DNA of 64,000 bases. Origin: Candidatus Hodarchaeota archaeon (lineage in GTDB: Archaea; Asgardarchaeota; Heimdallarchaeia; Hodarchaeales; Hodarchaeaceae). Shown in pieces: positions 9,426 through 18,773 of the stretch (position 1 is the first letter of the stretch; each line of letters begins with the position of its first letter). The notes beneath the pieces were generated by a model. The model did not search any database. It was not told where the DNA came from and worked only from the letters and a program-made list of their open reading frames with translations. A program made the translations under genes and the position numbers. The stretch covers positions 1-64,000 of the forward strand of contig JAEOTM010000032.1 in NCBI GenBank assembly GCA_016839815.1, given 5' to 3'.

Positions 9426-11165
9426 ATGATCGCTATGACCGCTACTGACGCTGTATGGTATTCTTTAAGTAAAGAGGACCGAAAAAAGGAACTAGTACAG
9501 CGTAGATTAGATAATCAAACCTTTGAACAAATTGCCGAAGAATTACTTGGGGATCGTAAGAAAAAATCAACTATCTGGTCATGGGCTCAAAGAAATATGG
9601 ATAATAACGAAATCTATCCTACACTTAGGGCGTTATCCCCTGAAACATTTAAGAAATTTGGTGAGGTAGAACAATGGATAATGTATGACGTCCTCCAATA
9701 CCTGTTTCCGCGTCTTGACGCTATGACGGAACATCTCCTTACTGAAGTCCGAAAAACATTAGATAGACAAGAGAAATTACGTGCAGATCAAAAAATTAAG
9801 TTTGAACAGACTGCAGGCTTTTTAGATAAACTTGAACAACGAGTAATGGATTCAATCCAGCGTAATCTGCAAACTGTTCGTATTCAAGCTAGTTCAGCTC
9901 CTACTCCACCTCGCCCTATGGTTGGTGGAGCTCCACCACCGCCACCTCCACCAGGAAGTGTTTTGGTACCTTCTAGCACGGTACCTGCAGGCACCATGGC
10001 CGCATTACGCACAGACTTTGAAGAAATGAGTATGAAAGAAATCACAGCTCTTCCACCTGACTTTTTAGAAGCTTTGACTCCTGTTGATCGTGGTAGAATT
10101 CAAAATCGCGTTAAAGAACTCAAAATGATTGAAAAGATGTCACCAGAGGAGCGAGAAGAGTATTTACGTAAGAAGGAGGAAGAAAAGGTACGTTCTGAGG
10201 CTGCGGAAGGCCTCGGTTCTTCTCTTACAGCCATGCTAGATGATGATGATTCATTATTTGCACGGATGCGTCGTTCTGCTGATGAATCTGGAGTCTCTGG
10301 TACAGGAACTTTTGGTAAGTTCACCACTGAATACACCTATATTTATTGTATTGCCTGTGGTAAAACCAATCGGTCAGAAGAGGACTCCATTGATGAATGT
10401 GGTTACTGTCAAGCCGACTCTGAGCACCTAGTAGCGGATGATGATAAATCAAACTATAATTACTATGAGTGTCTAGCCCATAAAGCTCAAGAATATGTTG
10501 ATCTTGATTATACTAGGGGAAAACAAATTGTTATCCTATCGCGATGGAAATCACCTATTGGTGAAACAAGCGCGCAACACAATTGTCCTCCTGATCAGAT
10601 TCGAGAAATTACAACCGCGATAATGTCTAAAGCCGATCCCGATAAACAGTTTTCATACTATCTATCTCTATTTCGTCTATATATTCAGCTAAAGCTTCAA
10701 CCAGACTTAAAACCACTCTTTGAGCAACTCTCGACCACGATTCAAAAGCTGCCTGATAGCGCCTCAAAAGAAATCGCAATTACTGATACTTACGAATTGA
10801 TGGACCATATTCTTGCCGTTATTGCCTGGATTACAGAGCGAAATGTTATCGAAGCATTACCTAATTATGCTGAAATTCAAGCAATTATTGATAATCTTGT
10901 TCTAGATATTGATCCTCTAAGAGATGCTGAATCCCCCCAAGAATTACGTAAAGCTAGTGATATCGGCAGTGTGACTTCTAAAGCGGACCAATTACTTAAT
11001 AAATTTACAGCCATTATTCTTCAGATTGAATCGGAAATCGTGATTCCCTCTCAATGGAAATGTACTAGCTGCAACAACATTTTTAAAGTAAAAGACCGCA
11101 ATAAAACTCCTGAGAAATGTGAATCGTGTGGAAAAATCATCACTAAGCTCTTACCAGTTGATTAG
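9426..11165 (+). CDS. Multidomain protein: N-terminal HTH, coiled coil, polyproline tract, two Zn ribbons and a helical bundle
   Basis: TFEQIAEELLG..KSTIWSWAQR; APPPPPPPG; CIAC..CGYC; CTSC..CESC. Start uncertain (9375, 9426 or 9435). Confidence 0.75.
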   Translation: MIAMTATDAVWYSLSKEDRKKELVQRRLDNQTFEQIAEELLGDRKKKSTIWSWAQRNMDNNEIYPTLRALSPETFKKFGEVEQWIMYDVLQYLFPRLDAMTEHLLTEVRKTLDRQEKLRADQKIKFEQTAGFLDKLEQRVMDSIQRNLQTVRIQASSAPTPPRPMVGGAPPPPPPPGSVLVPSSTVPAGTMAALRTDFEEMSMKEITALPPDFLEALTPVDRGRIQNRVKELKMIEKMSPEEREEYLRKKEEEKVRSEAAEGLGSSLTAMLDDDDSLFARMRRSADESGVSGTGTFGKFTTEYTYIYCIACGKTNRSEEDSIDECGYCQADSEHLVADDDKSNYNYYECLAHKAQEYVDLDYTRGKQIVILSRWKSPIGETSAQHNCPPDQIREITTAIMSKADPDKQFSYYLSLFRLYIQLKLQPDLKPLFEQLSTTIQKLPDSASKEIAITDTYELMDHILAVIAWITERNVIEALPNYAEIQAIIDNLVLDIDPLRDAESPQELRKASDIGSVTSKADQLLNKFTAIILQIESEIVIPSQWKCTSCNNIFKVKDRNKTPEKCESCGKIITKLLPVD

Positions 11166-11184
11166 TGAGTATCCAAACCTTATT

Positions 11185-12486
11185 TTACGGAGTAGCTCGA
11201 TTTATCAGTCGTGGATATAAACAAGCTTCCCGAATATGATCTAAATTTAGGACTGCTTGAATAAATCTCTCTAATCCCAATCCAAAACCTGAATGGGGGA
11301 CTGTTCCATATTTTCGCTGATCTAAATACCAATAGTAAGGTGTTGGATCTAATCCTTCCTCTTTCATCCTATTGAGGAGTAAATCATAGTCATCTTCTCT
11401 CTGAGATCCACCAATTATTTCTCCTACATTTGGGAGGAGGAGATCTGCAGCGTTCATTACTTCAGGATTTGATTCATTAAGTTTCATATAGAATGGTTTC
11501 ATCCCATCGGGAAAATGAGTCAAAAAGGTTGGTTTTCCAATTGTATCTACCAACATCCGCTCTGGACCTTCAGTTAAATCTTCTCCATATTCAAGAAAAT
11601 TTCCTGATTCCCCTTTAATATTATATTCCCGAAGTAAATCAATTGCTTTTTCATATGAGACTCTTTCAAATGGTTTTTCTGGAACAGTTACTTCTTGATC
11701 AAATTTAGTAACGATAGGAGATTCTGCGGCCCTAGAATACACATGGATCATCATATCCTCCATAAATTCAAGCAGGTCTTCAAAATCAAACCAAGGCATC
11801 TCAGCTTCAATATGGGTGTATTCTGTTAAATGTCTTCTAGTTCGCGACTTCTCTGCACGAAATGACGGTAATACACAAAAAACATTCCCCAGACTGGGTA
11901 GGACTGTTTCCAGATATAATTGACTAGATTGTGTAAGATATGCCTCTTCTTCAAAATACTTAAAGCTGAAAAGAGTTGATCCTCCCTCAACTTGAGTTTG
12001 GACAATAGTACTAGGTGTAACTTCCACAAAATCACGTAAAAAGAAAAATTTCCTGAAACTCCGTGTCATAATATCACGAAAACGCATTATATTAGAGGCT
12101 TGTTCTCCTCGCAGGACCAGATGGCGTTTATTTAATAGTACTTGGGGGCCTGAATCAGGTCGTATTTCATGCTCAAGTTCAGGAGAGGCGTAATCAATTA
12201 CGGGAGAAATATTATTTATTTGAAGTTCTAATCCATTATAAGGTGCTCTCTTATCTTCTTTCACAATACCTTTTGCTGTAACAGCTGTTTCACGTGTTAG
12301 TTTGCTAGCAACAGATGTAGCTACTTGTCCACTGGCAGGTTTAATTACTGACTGAATATATCCAGTCGTATCACGAATCACAAGAAAAGTAAGCTTTCCT
12401 TGTCTTCTAACGTGATGTAACCACCCACGTATTGACACTTCTTTTCCTATTTTATCTGAAAGGGATTTAATGGAGTCAAAACTCAA
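11185..12486 (-). CDS. asnS: Asparagine--tRNA ligase
   Basis: OB-fold start IRGWLH..RDTTG; EGGSTLF; YLTQSSQLYLE; motif 2 FRAEKSRTRRHLTEY; motif 3 PHSGFGLGLER. Confidence 0.95.
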   Translation of the reverse strand: MSFDSIKSLSDKIGKEVSIRGWLHHVRRQGKLTFLVIRDTTGYIQSVIKPASGQVATSVASKLTRETAVTAKGIVKEDKRAPYNGLELQINNISPVIDYASPELEHEIRPDSGPQVLLNKRHLVLRGEQASNIMRFRDIMTRSFRKFFFLRDFVEVTPSTIVQTQVEGGSTLFSFKYFEEEAYLTQSSQLYLETVLPSLGNVFCVLPSFRAEKSRTRRHLTEYTHIEAEMPWFDFEDLLEFMEDMMIHVYSRAAESPIVTKFDQEVTVPEKPFERVSYEKAIDLLREYNIKGESGNFLEYGEDLTEGPERMLVDTIGKPTFLTHFPDGMKPFYMKLNESNPEVMNAADLLLPNVGEIIGGSQREDDYDLLLNRMKEEGLDPTPYYWYLDQRKYGTVPHSGFGLGLERFIQAVLNLDHIREACLYPRLINRATP

Positions 12487-12686
12487 TGTAAGACCTTCTT
12501 ATGACATTCTAAAAGATACTTTTTGGTTGCACTGGATTTCCAATACAGACAGCTCTTTTTCTTCTTAACTTTTACCAGTTTTGAGTTTCAAGTAGGAGTA
12601 TCTTCTCGATCATAGTTCAATCTCAGAGCTTCTATAATCAAAAATCTAATAAATTTGAAAGATCATCCAAATACGAGAAACTCAAA

Positions 12687-13424
12687 ATGAGGATGATGAA
12701 AAAATACATTCTATCACTTCTGATTTGCCTAATCCTATCAGGTTCATATGTAAATGTTTCTCCAAGCCTCTTACAGAACCCAGAATTTGAATGGATGGTG
12801 AATATCGGGGATACAATGATTTATACTTATACAGCTTATTATGACCTTTTGGATTATGATGGGAATGAAGATCCAACCTCAATGACAACTCAACTAATTG
12901 ATGTCGATGGAAATTTGTTTACTGTTTGCATGCAAAAAGGATTGAAGGTTACAGTAGAAATAATTGAATTAGAAGACTTTGCTCATCTTCAATTGACATT
13001 TAATGAGATTAAAACATCTATAGATGAATTCATCTCGATTTTTGATGGGTATGTAGTGCAGAAGACAGTGAACAATAGAACATTTTGGGATTCTCTGTCA
13101 GATCAAAAAATATATAGCGTTACTGGTCTAAATCTCACTACTACTAGGTATCTCGAGGGTGATAATTTTGTGAATAAACAGCAGTTTGATTATACTCTCG
13201 AGGGTACACATAGGCTTATTATCCGAAAAAGTAATTGGAAAACGGGTTGGTTAACCCATCTTCAAAACAAATATTTCAATGAAACTCATCTCATCTATGG
13301 GCTCGAAATCTCGACTGGATCGTCTGGATTCTTCTCCAATTCGGCTTTAGACAGATTATTTCTGCCCGTCATGTTTCTTATTACCTTACTATCAATAATT
13401 ATTCTCCGAAAAAGATCTACTTAG
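12687..13424 (+). CDS. Secreted, C-terminally anchored surface protein (paralog of 48762 and 49736)
   Basis: Signal peptide; shared motifs EWxVxxGD, YDLxDxDG, NWKTGWL, N-x-THL; C-terminal TM plus RKR. Confidence 0.75.
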   Translation: MRMMKKYILSLLICLILSGSYVNVSPSLLQNPEFEWMVNIGDTMIYTYTAYYDLLDYDGNEDPTSMTTQLIDVDGNLFTVCMQKGLKVTVEIIELEDFAHLQLTFNEIKTSIDEFISIFDGYVVQKTVNNRTFWDSLSDQKIYSVTGLNLTTTRYLEGDNFVNKQQFDYTLEGTHRLIIRKSNWKTGWLTHLQNKYFNETHLIYGLEISTGSSGFFSNSALDRLFLPVMFLITLLSIIILRKRST

Positions 13425-13604
13425 AAAAAATTCTTTTTGTCAAGTTAAGGTTAAATACAAATACTTCAACCACATTACAAATTATAATGATTGAAGTAAC
13501 ACCTTTTTAAATTCTAAATAGCTAATTATTAATAACCGACTGGTAGAGGTATGAGTTGTTAAGGACTTTCATAATACACCAGTAGAGAGTTAGAGGACAA
13601 TTTT

Positions 13605-14147
13605 ATGGTGATGTATAGCTGTAAGGTCATATTATTAGGACAGGGAGGTGTAGGTAAGACCTCGGTTATCCGTCGCTTTGTAGAGCAAGCTTTCAGCCAT
13701 GATTACAAAACAACAGTTGGCAGTAACTTCCTACTTAAACGTCTTCAACTTGATGCCGAAACACGCATGACAATGCAGATCTGGGATTTAAGCGGTCAGG
13801 ACTCGTTTAGGAATATCCGAACGCAGTATTTCTTGCACTCCCACGGGGGAATCATGGTCTATGATTTGACGCGTCCTGAAACCCTGCATAAGCTTGACAA
13901 ATGGTATGCCGATTTTACTGAAAAAGCGGGTGGAGTTCCCTTAATGCTTTTTGGGAATAAAGTTGATTTAGCGGAGGAAAGAGTGGTCGACTCCGATGCT
14001 GGTGCGAAACAGGCAGAAAAATTTCATGCTACCTATTATGAAACCTCTGCTTTGGATGGTACTAATGTTCAAGAAGCTTTTACTCAACTGGCCAAACAAA
14101 TAATTGCCCACATTGACGCCAGACGAAGTAAAATTTCAAATAAATAA
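13605..14147 (+). CDS. Rab-like small GTPase
   Basis: G1 GQGGVGKT, G2 YKTTVG, G3 WDLSGQ, G4 NKVD, G5 ETSAL; no C-terminal cysteine motif. Confidence 0.93.
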   Translation: MVMYSCKVILLGQGGVGKTSVIRRFVEQAFSHDYKTTVGSNFLLKRLQLDAETRMTMQIWDLSGQDSFRNIRTQYFLHSHGGIMVYDLTRPETLHKLDKWYADFTEKAGGVPLMLFGNKVDLAEERVVDSDAGAKQAEKFHATYYETSALDGTNVQEAFTQLAKQIIAHIDARRSKISNK

Positions 14148-14351
14148 GATATATCTCTTTTTCTATGTTAAAACCATACATTTCATTGTTTATCTGACGG
14201 TATTCGAATTTTAATCTTTTGTTTTCTAAATTTATAGAGAAATTGCATAAAGAGCAGAATTTCTTCTGAAATCTACTTTTTTGAAAAATAATCTATTTAT
14301 AGGAGTATTCTGAATAATCAAGTAAGAAAAAATCGAAAGAGCCGAGAAATC

Positions 14352-14549
14352 ATGAGTAAAAAGGATGATCCTCTTTTAATATTCACTACGAAAGTTAGTC
14401 GATGTGCTAACGGCTACCATTTAAAAATTCGTAAAAAAGATGTGGAATTATTAAATTTGGCTGGTCAAATGGTTAAGATTAAGGTTTATACAGTTGGTCA
14501 AGAAGAAGAGGATGAAACTAAAGATCCTTATGAAAAGCTAGTTGATTAA
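14352..14549 (+). CDS. Small AbrB/SpoVT-like swapped-hairpin protein
   Basis: TKVSRCANGYHLKIRKKDVELLNLAGQMVKIKV matches the beta-beta-alpha-beta AbrB pattern; acidic tail. Confidence 0.55.
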   Translation: MSKKDDPLLIFTTKVSRCANGYHLKIRKKDVELLNLAGQMVKIKVYTVGQEEEDETKDPYEKLVD

Positions 14550-14599
14550 CGAAGGCTTTTAACTACATTAGTCTAAAGACTGCACACTGAGGTATTCCA

Positions 14600-15358
14600 A
14601 TGTCAGAAGGTTCTCTAAGTATCAAACCCACTGGGATTACTGAATTTGACAAAATTCTTGGTGGGGGTATTCCTGCGGGATGGTTCATTGCATTACGAGG
14701 TGGCGCAGGAGTAGGAAAAACAACATTAGCCATTCAGTTTTTACTGGAGGGTATTCTCAAATACAACGATCCAGGACTTTTAGTTACTTTTAATGAACCA
14801 TTACCTGCCTTGAATGCGATTATGCGGAATTATGGTTGGGATTTACAAGGATTACAGGATATGGGAGAATTATCAGTCTTAGATTTTAGCTCAACAGAAA
14901 TGGGGATTATGCAACAAGCTAGTCGCTTGCGTGAAGCTTCTCTTGACTATGTTACTCAAAAGATTATTGATGAAGTACGAAGATTGGGAGTTAATCGTCT
15001 AGTAATTGATCCTTTGAACACTTTTTCCCTTCTATTCCGAGATTTGTTTGAAGTGAGGAAAGAACTTCACAGGGTAATCGGTATTTTATGGCAGGAGAAG
15101 TGTACTACACTAGCTGTTTACGAAAATACTGATGATGCAGTTACAGATATACAGAGTCCCCAGTTTTCGACTGAAGACTTTCTTTCGTATGGAGTTATAA
15201 ATCTGCAATATATGCTCGTCAATTCTTCACGTGAACGAGCAATTGAGATCCTCAAGATGAGGGGGATGAATCATTCCAAGCGTGTTCACCCTTATGAGAT
15301 AACAGGCAAAGGAATAGCCATTAAAGCTGATAAACCCATGGAATTTGGAAAAAAGTAA
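14600..15358 (+). CDS. KaiC-like (RAD55/aRadC family) single-domain ATPase
   Basis: PTGITEFDKILGGG, Walker A GGAGVGKT, Walker B LVID, R..EILKMRG..H. Confidence 0.9.
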   Translation: MSEGSLSIKPTGITEFDKILGGGIPAGWFIALRGGAGVGKTTLAIQFLLEGILKYNDPGLLVTFNEPLPALNAIMRNYGWDLQGLQDMGELSVLDFSSTEMGIMQQASRLREASLDYVTQKIIDEVRRLGVNRLVIDPLNTFSLLFRDLFEVRKELHRVIGILWQEKCTTLAVYENTDDAVTDIQSPQFSTEDFLSYGVINLQYMLVNSSRERAIEILKMRGMNHSKRVHPYEITGKGIAIKADKPMEFGKK

Positions 15359-15449
15359 TCCAGCTACAAGTAATCCACCACTTCCGAAATTAAAAAATAA
15401 GCTACTTTTCCTTATTAATTTCATATTTATTCTCCAATTATGAAGTGAA

Positions 15450-16238
15450 ATGAAAAAACATCTGCATAATCTCTCTTGGCGTATAATTCCCTACTCTCGA
15501 AATAACGCATATGTCAATATGGGAGTAGACGAAGCAATTTATCAATTATTCAAGGATCATAAGGTCAATACCTTGCGTTTATACAGTTGGGAGCCAAGTA
15601 CTGTGTCGATAGGTCACCATCAATACCTACATGACGAGATAGATCTCTCTATGCTTGAAAAATATAAACTTCAGGTTGTTAGACGTATTTCTGGAGGAGG
15701 GGCTGTTTTTCATGATTCAAGGGGAGAATTAACATACTCCGTTGTAACAACTACGAATCAAGTAGCAAGTACATCTGTTGAAGCGAGTTATTACGAAATT
15801 GTAAATCTTTTATTCTCTCCACTTACTAAGATTGGCATATCCATTGACTTTAATCAAATCCATTGTCCAAGTGTTTTTAGCCAAGGTAAAAAAATTTCAG
15901 GTAACGCACAGGCGCGGTCAGGAGATTTAATTCTACAACATGGAACGATTCTGATAGATTACAACCCTGAACTAATGTATTCTGTTCTTAAAGCCCGTCC
16001 AGGAAGAACAAAGACACAAATGGTACAATCTGTATATCAAAAAGTCACTACAATACATGAACAGTTAGAAAAACCTGAGTTTACTCCTCGGACTCTTGCG
16101 GAATTTATTACGAAAGAGCTTCTAGAGAATCATGCTTCTACTTTTTCCTTAGGCCAATTATCCGCTGAGGAAAAACGTCTTTCTAAACAATTAGTAGAAG
16201 AAAGATATAAATCTAAGCAATGGTTATTTCTCAAGTAG
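15450..16238 (+). CDS. lplA: Lipoate-protein ligase A family protein
   Basis: NMGVDEA, VRRISGGGAVFHD, KKISGNAQ, LQHGTI. Confidence 0.88.
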   Translation: MKKHLHNLSWRIIPYSRNNAYVNMGVDEAIYQLFKDHKVNTLRLYSWEPSTVSIGHHQYLHDEIDLSMLEKYKLQVVRRISGGGAVFHDSRGELTYSVVTTTNQVASTSVEASYYEIVNLLFSPLTKIGISIDFNQIHCPSVFSQGKKISGNAQARSGDLILQHGTILIDYNPELMYSVLKARPGRTKTQMVQSVYQKVTTIHEQLEKPEFTPRTLAEFITKELLENHASTFSLGQLSAEEKRLSKQLVEERYKSKQWLFLK

Positions 16239-17211
16239 ATATCACTACGTTCTCCTTAAACTCTTGTTGAAGATAATTCACAAGAAAATTTTCGGGAAAC
16301 AGGTATTTACCATTTATTTGGTATTTAGTCAACTGATGGGGAAATGTTTCCTCAAGATGTGTCACTACTGACTCAGCCACCATTCTAGCCAGAGAAAGGT
16401 CAGATTTCTTATCTGTAATTATTGCACATAGAAGTTTTTCCCGTTTAACCATCACTATAGAATAGTTTTCTGTGATCAGTGAATCTAAACCTCCAGTAGA
16501 CCCCATCATTCCACTTGCAAATTCATTAATGGCGTTTAAAAACCCAGGTACGATATCATTGTCCATAGCTGATTCAGGTTGATTCATAAATAAATGAGAG
16601 ACTATTGGTACTCCTGTACGAAGAAAAAGATAGATTCCTTCAACTTTGATATATTTTTTTGCTATTGAGAGTGCTATTTTTTGAGAAAACCAATTTAAAG
16701 CCCGATCAATATTCATTCCTGTCTTAACAGAAATTTCAAATATCTGGAAGGATCGAGTTGGGCTTTGATGGGGTAATCTCCGTAATTTGACTTTATCAAT
16801 CAACTTAGGTAATTCAATATGTGTCAAATCAGCTTTATTTGCTAGAATCATGAGTGGTGCCTCTGGATTCCATTTTAAGCATTTCCACAGCCATTCCACT
16901 GCAGTATCCAATTTTTCAAGATCATTCGCATCGATCATAAACACGATTCCTTGTGATAGTTTAACGTACTCTTTCCAAAACATTTCTCGGAATCGTTCGT
17001 GTCCCCCCAAATCAAATAGCTGGAAAAGATTGCCTTGAATTTCCAAGATTTCTGTATCTAGTCCTGATGTCGGTACTGTTTTTCCAAATTCTCCGGTTTG
17101 GAGGCGTAATACAAATGAAGTCTTCCCTGCAAACTCTAGCCCGACAATAACTATTGGTATACGTTTTCTTGGAAATCCTTGCATGAATGCCTCAACTCTG
17201 ACATTGCGCAA
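16231..17211 (-). CDS. Arf/Sar1-like small GTPase fused to a C-terminal longin-like domain
   Basis: GLEFAGKT, PTSG, FDLGGH, NKAD, EISVK; then GIYLFLRTGVPI..IVPGFLNAINEFASGM..LDSLITENYSIVM..F. Confidence 0.85.
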   Translation of the reverse strand: MRNVRVEAFMQGFPRKRIPIVIVGLEFAGKTSFVLRLQTGEFGKTVPTSGLDTEILEIQGNLFQLFDLGGHERFREMFWKEYVKLSQGIVFMIDANDLEKLDTAVEWLWKCLKWNPEAPLMILANKADLTHIELPKLIDKVKLRRLPHQSPTRSFQIFEISVKTGMNIDRALNWFSQKIALSIAKKYIKVEGIYLFLRTGVPIVSHLFMNQPESAMDNDIVPGFLNAINEFASGMMGSTGGLDSLITENYSIVMVKREKLLCAIITDKKSDLSLARMVAESVVTHLEETFPHQLTKYQINGKYLFPENFLVNYLQQEFKENVVIST

Positions 17212-17365
17212 TTGTTTTCTCCCTATATAGGAGCGTCCTCAGTACGACTCACCACCAATTGTATATAATCATATGTAAATACGCGTTTCGTACGGACTGA
17301 GTTCCCTCTTTTTCTATGCAGAATGTAAAATACCTTCATTTTGACTTGCTGGGAGGCAATCTTAT

Positions 17366-18739
17366 TTACCTAGAAAGAAATTTATTTGCATAATCTCGTG
17401 CAAAAGTAATTAGCTCGGATTGGTGATCGATTCTTTCCTTCGGATCATACACTTCAATTTGCAAAGTATTGTCATCGGTCGCTAAATGAATATGTATCCA
17501 TTCATTCTCCTCTGTAATTAGTTTAATGCCAATAAAGGTGTCAATCACATGATAATCCTTCGGTGGGTTGTTCAAAACAGCTTTAAAAAATTCAAACATT
17601 TTTTCTAATGGAAAAGTTACTTCAGCTGTGCGTTGAGCAAAAACTTGATGATTTCGATAGAGATCTGTTGATTTTAGATTGGTTTTAGCCATTTGTGAGA
17701 GTACGGTGAATGATGCCACAATTGCATCTGAACCTGGTGAAAAGACTGGTAACACAAAAAGGCCAGTATCATTGAATCCATAGATCGCTCTATGTTTCAA
17801 AACAGCCCTACCTATTCCACCGGGTTCTCCATGACCAGAGAAAATTATATTTTTATGTAGATCCTGATAAACGGAAGGATGAACAGAGCTACCCATTACT
17901 ACATTTGCATTCGATTTTGGATCATACCGTGAATGAAGATTAACTGACGCAGTTTCCTCTGCGGTTCGGATTCGTCCTTGACTATCAATAATTATTGCAT
18001 GACGAGCTTCTGCATCTAAAGCTACTCCTAAATCTGCGCCTATGGCACGAACCATATCTCTTAATCGTACTAATGAACTAGGATTGGGTAAAAAGAGTGG
18101 ATTACGAGGTCTATGAGCATTAAGAGTTATAACTTGACATCCAAACTCACTGAGTAGATCAGGCATGATTCTAGAGGCGGGTCCACAAGCACAATCTACA
18201 ACCACCCTTAAATTGGCATTTTTCATAGATTCTTTGCTGGAAGCGAAAAAACCAGCCAATGCACGGTCATATACCTTCATTGCATCAGCAACACTAATCC
18301 AGCCCACATCAGGAGCTGCAGCTCTTCGAAGCTTACCTGATTTTGCAATCTCTACAATTTTCGCTACTTGACTATTTTGATATTCGATTCCAGTTGCTTC
18401 AAAAAATTTTATGGATACCATTCCAGCTAGGTTATGACTTCTTGTTAACATAACACCCGCATCTGCTCCATAACGTCTCACCGCGAACTGCAAGATACTG
18501 GTTGGAATCCCATGCAAATCTATCAACTCAATTCCAGCTGAAAGCAGTCCTCCAGAAAAAGAACGTTTTAACATTCGTGTGTCACGACGATAATCTCGTC
18601 CAATCATTACTACTGCATTAGAATCTAATGATGTACCCATTGCACTTCCTAAAAGAGCCGATAATTCTGGAGTTAGCTCGGTATTTGAAAATCCTGTAAC
18701 GCGTCCACCTTTAGCAAGTAAATCAATTTTATTCAACAT
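17366..18739 (-). CDS. Phosphohexomutase (PMM/PGM) family protein with degenerate catalytic loops
   Basis: GRDYR, TRSHN, VVDCACG; metal loop reads LDAEARH instead of DGDADR. Confidence 0.85.
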   Translation of the reverse strand: MLNKIDLLAKGGRVTGFSNTELTPELSALLGSAMGTSLDSNAVVMIGRDYRRDTRMLKRSFSGGLLSAGIELIDLHGIPTSILQFAVRRYGADAGVMLTRSHNLAGMVSIKFFEATGIEYQNSQVAKIVEIAKSGKLRRAAAPDVGWISVADAMKVYDRALAGFFASSKESMKNANLRVVVDCACGPASRIMPDLLSEFGCQVITLNAHRPRNPLFLPNPSSLVRLRDMVRAIGADLGVALDAEARHAIIIDSQGRIRTAEETASVNLHSRYDPKSNANVVMGSSVHPSVYQDLHKNIIFSGHGEPGGIGRAVLKHRAIYGFNDTGLFVLPVFSPGSDAIVASFTVLSQMAKTNLKSTDLYRNHQVFAQRTAEVTFPLEKMFEFFKAVLNNPPKDYHVIDTFIGIKLITEENEWIHIHLATDDNTLQIEVYDPKERIDHQSELITFARDYANKFLSR

Positions 18740-18773
18740 CAGTTTGTCATCCTCTCAAAAGTGCATTTTTATT

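Noticed and set aside
17230-17305. Hammerhead-like words (GAAA and CUGAGGA) and C/D-box-like words on the minus strand
   Set aside because: Stem II cannot close (C opposite C), there is no room for stems I and III, and the box spacing is too short for a C/D guide. Kept only as a generic hairpin.
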